Position numbers and translations under genes: made by a program. Shown here piece by piece: positions 24,899 to 25,345 of a stretch of DNA of 25,345 bases. Each line of letters begins with the position of its first letter. Position 1 is the first letter of the stretch. The notes under the pieces were generated by a model. The model searched no databases. It worked only from the letters and a program-made list of their open reading frames with translations, and was not told where the DNA came from. Origin of the DNA: a virus (taxonomy: Duplodnaviria; Caudoviricetes); the IMG/VR virus record IMGVR_UViG_3300010047_000010, positions 1 to 25,345 of that record. One strand, given 5' to 3'.

Positions 24899-25087
24899 AT
24901 GGCCAAACCGAGAACGCCGACGCGGCGACGTCGGATCACCCGCGAGCCGCAGTACGTGATGCGGGTGAACATCCTCCTCACCCAAGAGCAGTTCGTGAAG
25001 CTGCAGGCATGGGCCCGCGACGAGGGACGCCCACTGCCAAACCTCATCCGTCGTCTGATCGATCTCGGCATCTCGCAGCGCACCTAG
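24899..25087 (+). CDS. Ribbon-helix-helix (Arc/CopG-like) regulator (62 aa)
   Basis: ATG at 24899 preceded by GAGGG; beta strand MRVNILL, helix TQEQFVKLQAWARDEG, helix RPLPNLIRRLIDLG. Confidence 0.75.
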   Translation: MAKPRTPTRRRRITREPQYVMRVNILLTQEQFVKLQAWARDEGRPLPNLIRRLIDLGISQRT

Positions 25088-25345
25088 AATTCCGTAGACG
25101 GGCCCTTCGCTGGGGAGGTGGCGGGGGGCAAAGGGGGAGGTTTGCTCCATGGGACACAGGCGTCGCTCTGGCACGCGTGCCATTCCGATCGTCATTCCGG
25201 TCGCACTGTTCGGGCGGTTGCCCGCGCGCGTGCTGCGGAACCTTCCACGGGGGGGGGGGGGCCGGGGCGGGCAAGTGAGCCCAACATTTTCCCGGGCCCC
25301 CCCCGCCCGGCCTTCCCCCGTTCAGAAAAAAAAGGAGGGCGCAAA

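Larger units (their letters stand above)
1..25345. mobile_element. Tailed bacteriophage (podovirus-like) genome fragment
   Basis: Terminase, HK97-type capsid, adaptor, nozzle, fibres and ejection proteins present; no tape measure, tail tube or sheath gene and no host genes recognised. Confidence 0.92.

Noticed and set aside
25245-25345. G-, C- and A-homopolymer tracts as G-quadruplex, terminator or genome terminus
   Set aside because: Abrupt low-complexity sequence at the contig end is most likely a sequencing or assembly artefact.

Overview
GC-rich tailed-phage genome segment with podovirus-like gene content; no host genes, RNA genes or CRISPR arrays are seen. At the left end, a probable small terminase and a large terminase (N-terminal ATPase part, absent from the ORF track, cut by the window edge) run on the minus strand. 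They diverge from a ~19.6-kb plus-strand virion operon: scaffold, SU10/DUF5309-like major capsid protein, small head accessory genes, adaptor, nozzle, two paralogous tail fibres with peptidase S74 chaperones, further fibre/collagen proteins, a GNAT-like protein and a long run of low-complexity internal/ejection proteins. A converging minus-strand operon encodes an HTH protein, ERF recombinase, HNH-like zinc-finger nuclease, PD-(D/E)XK exonuclease, a radical SAM enzyme and a three-gene envelope cassette. A divergent RHH regulator sits at the right end. Portal, integrase, replication genes and endolysin were not recognised in the window. The most notable signals are a 41-bp perfect in-frame repeat bracketing swappable fibre cassettes, an inverted duplicated promoter forming the HTH/RHH switch, a 13-aa C-terminal tag shared by two internal proteins, the inverted terminase module, and the radical SAM gene coupled to secreted/membrane genes. 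All family calls come from motif recognition by eye, not from database searches.
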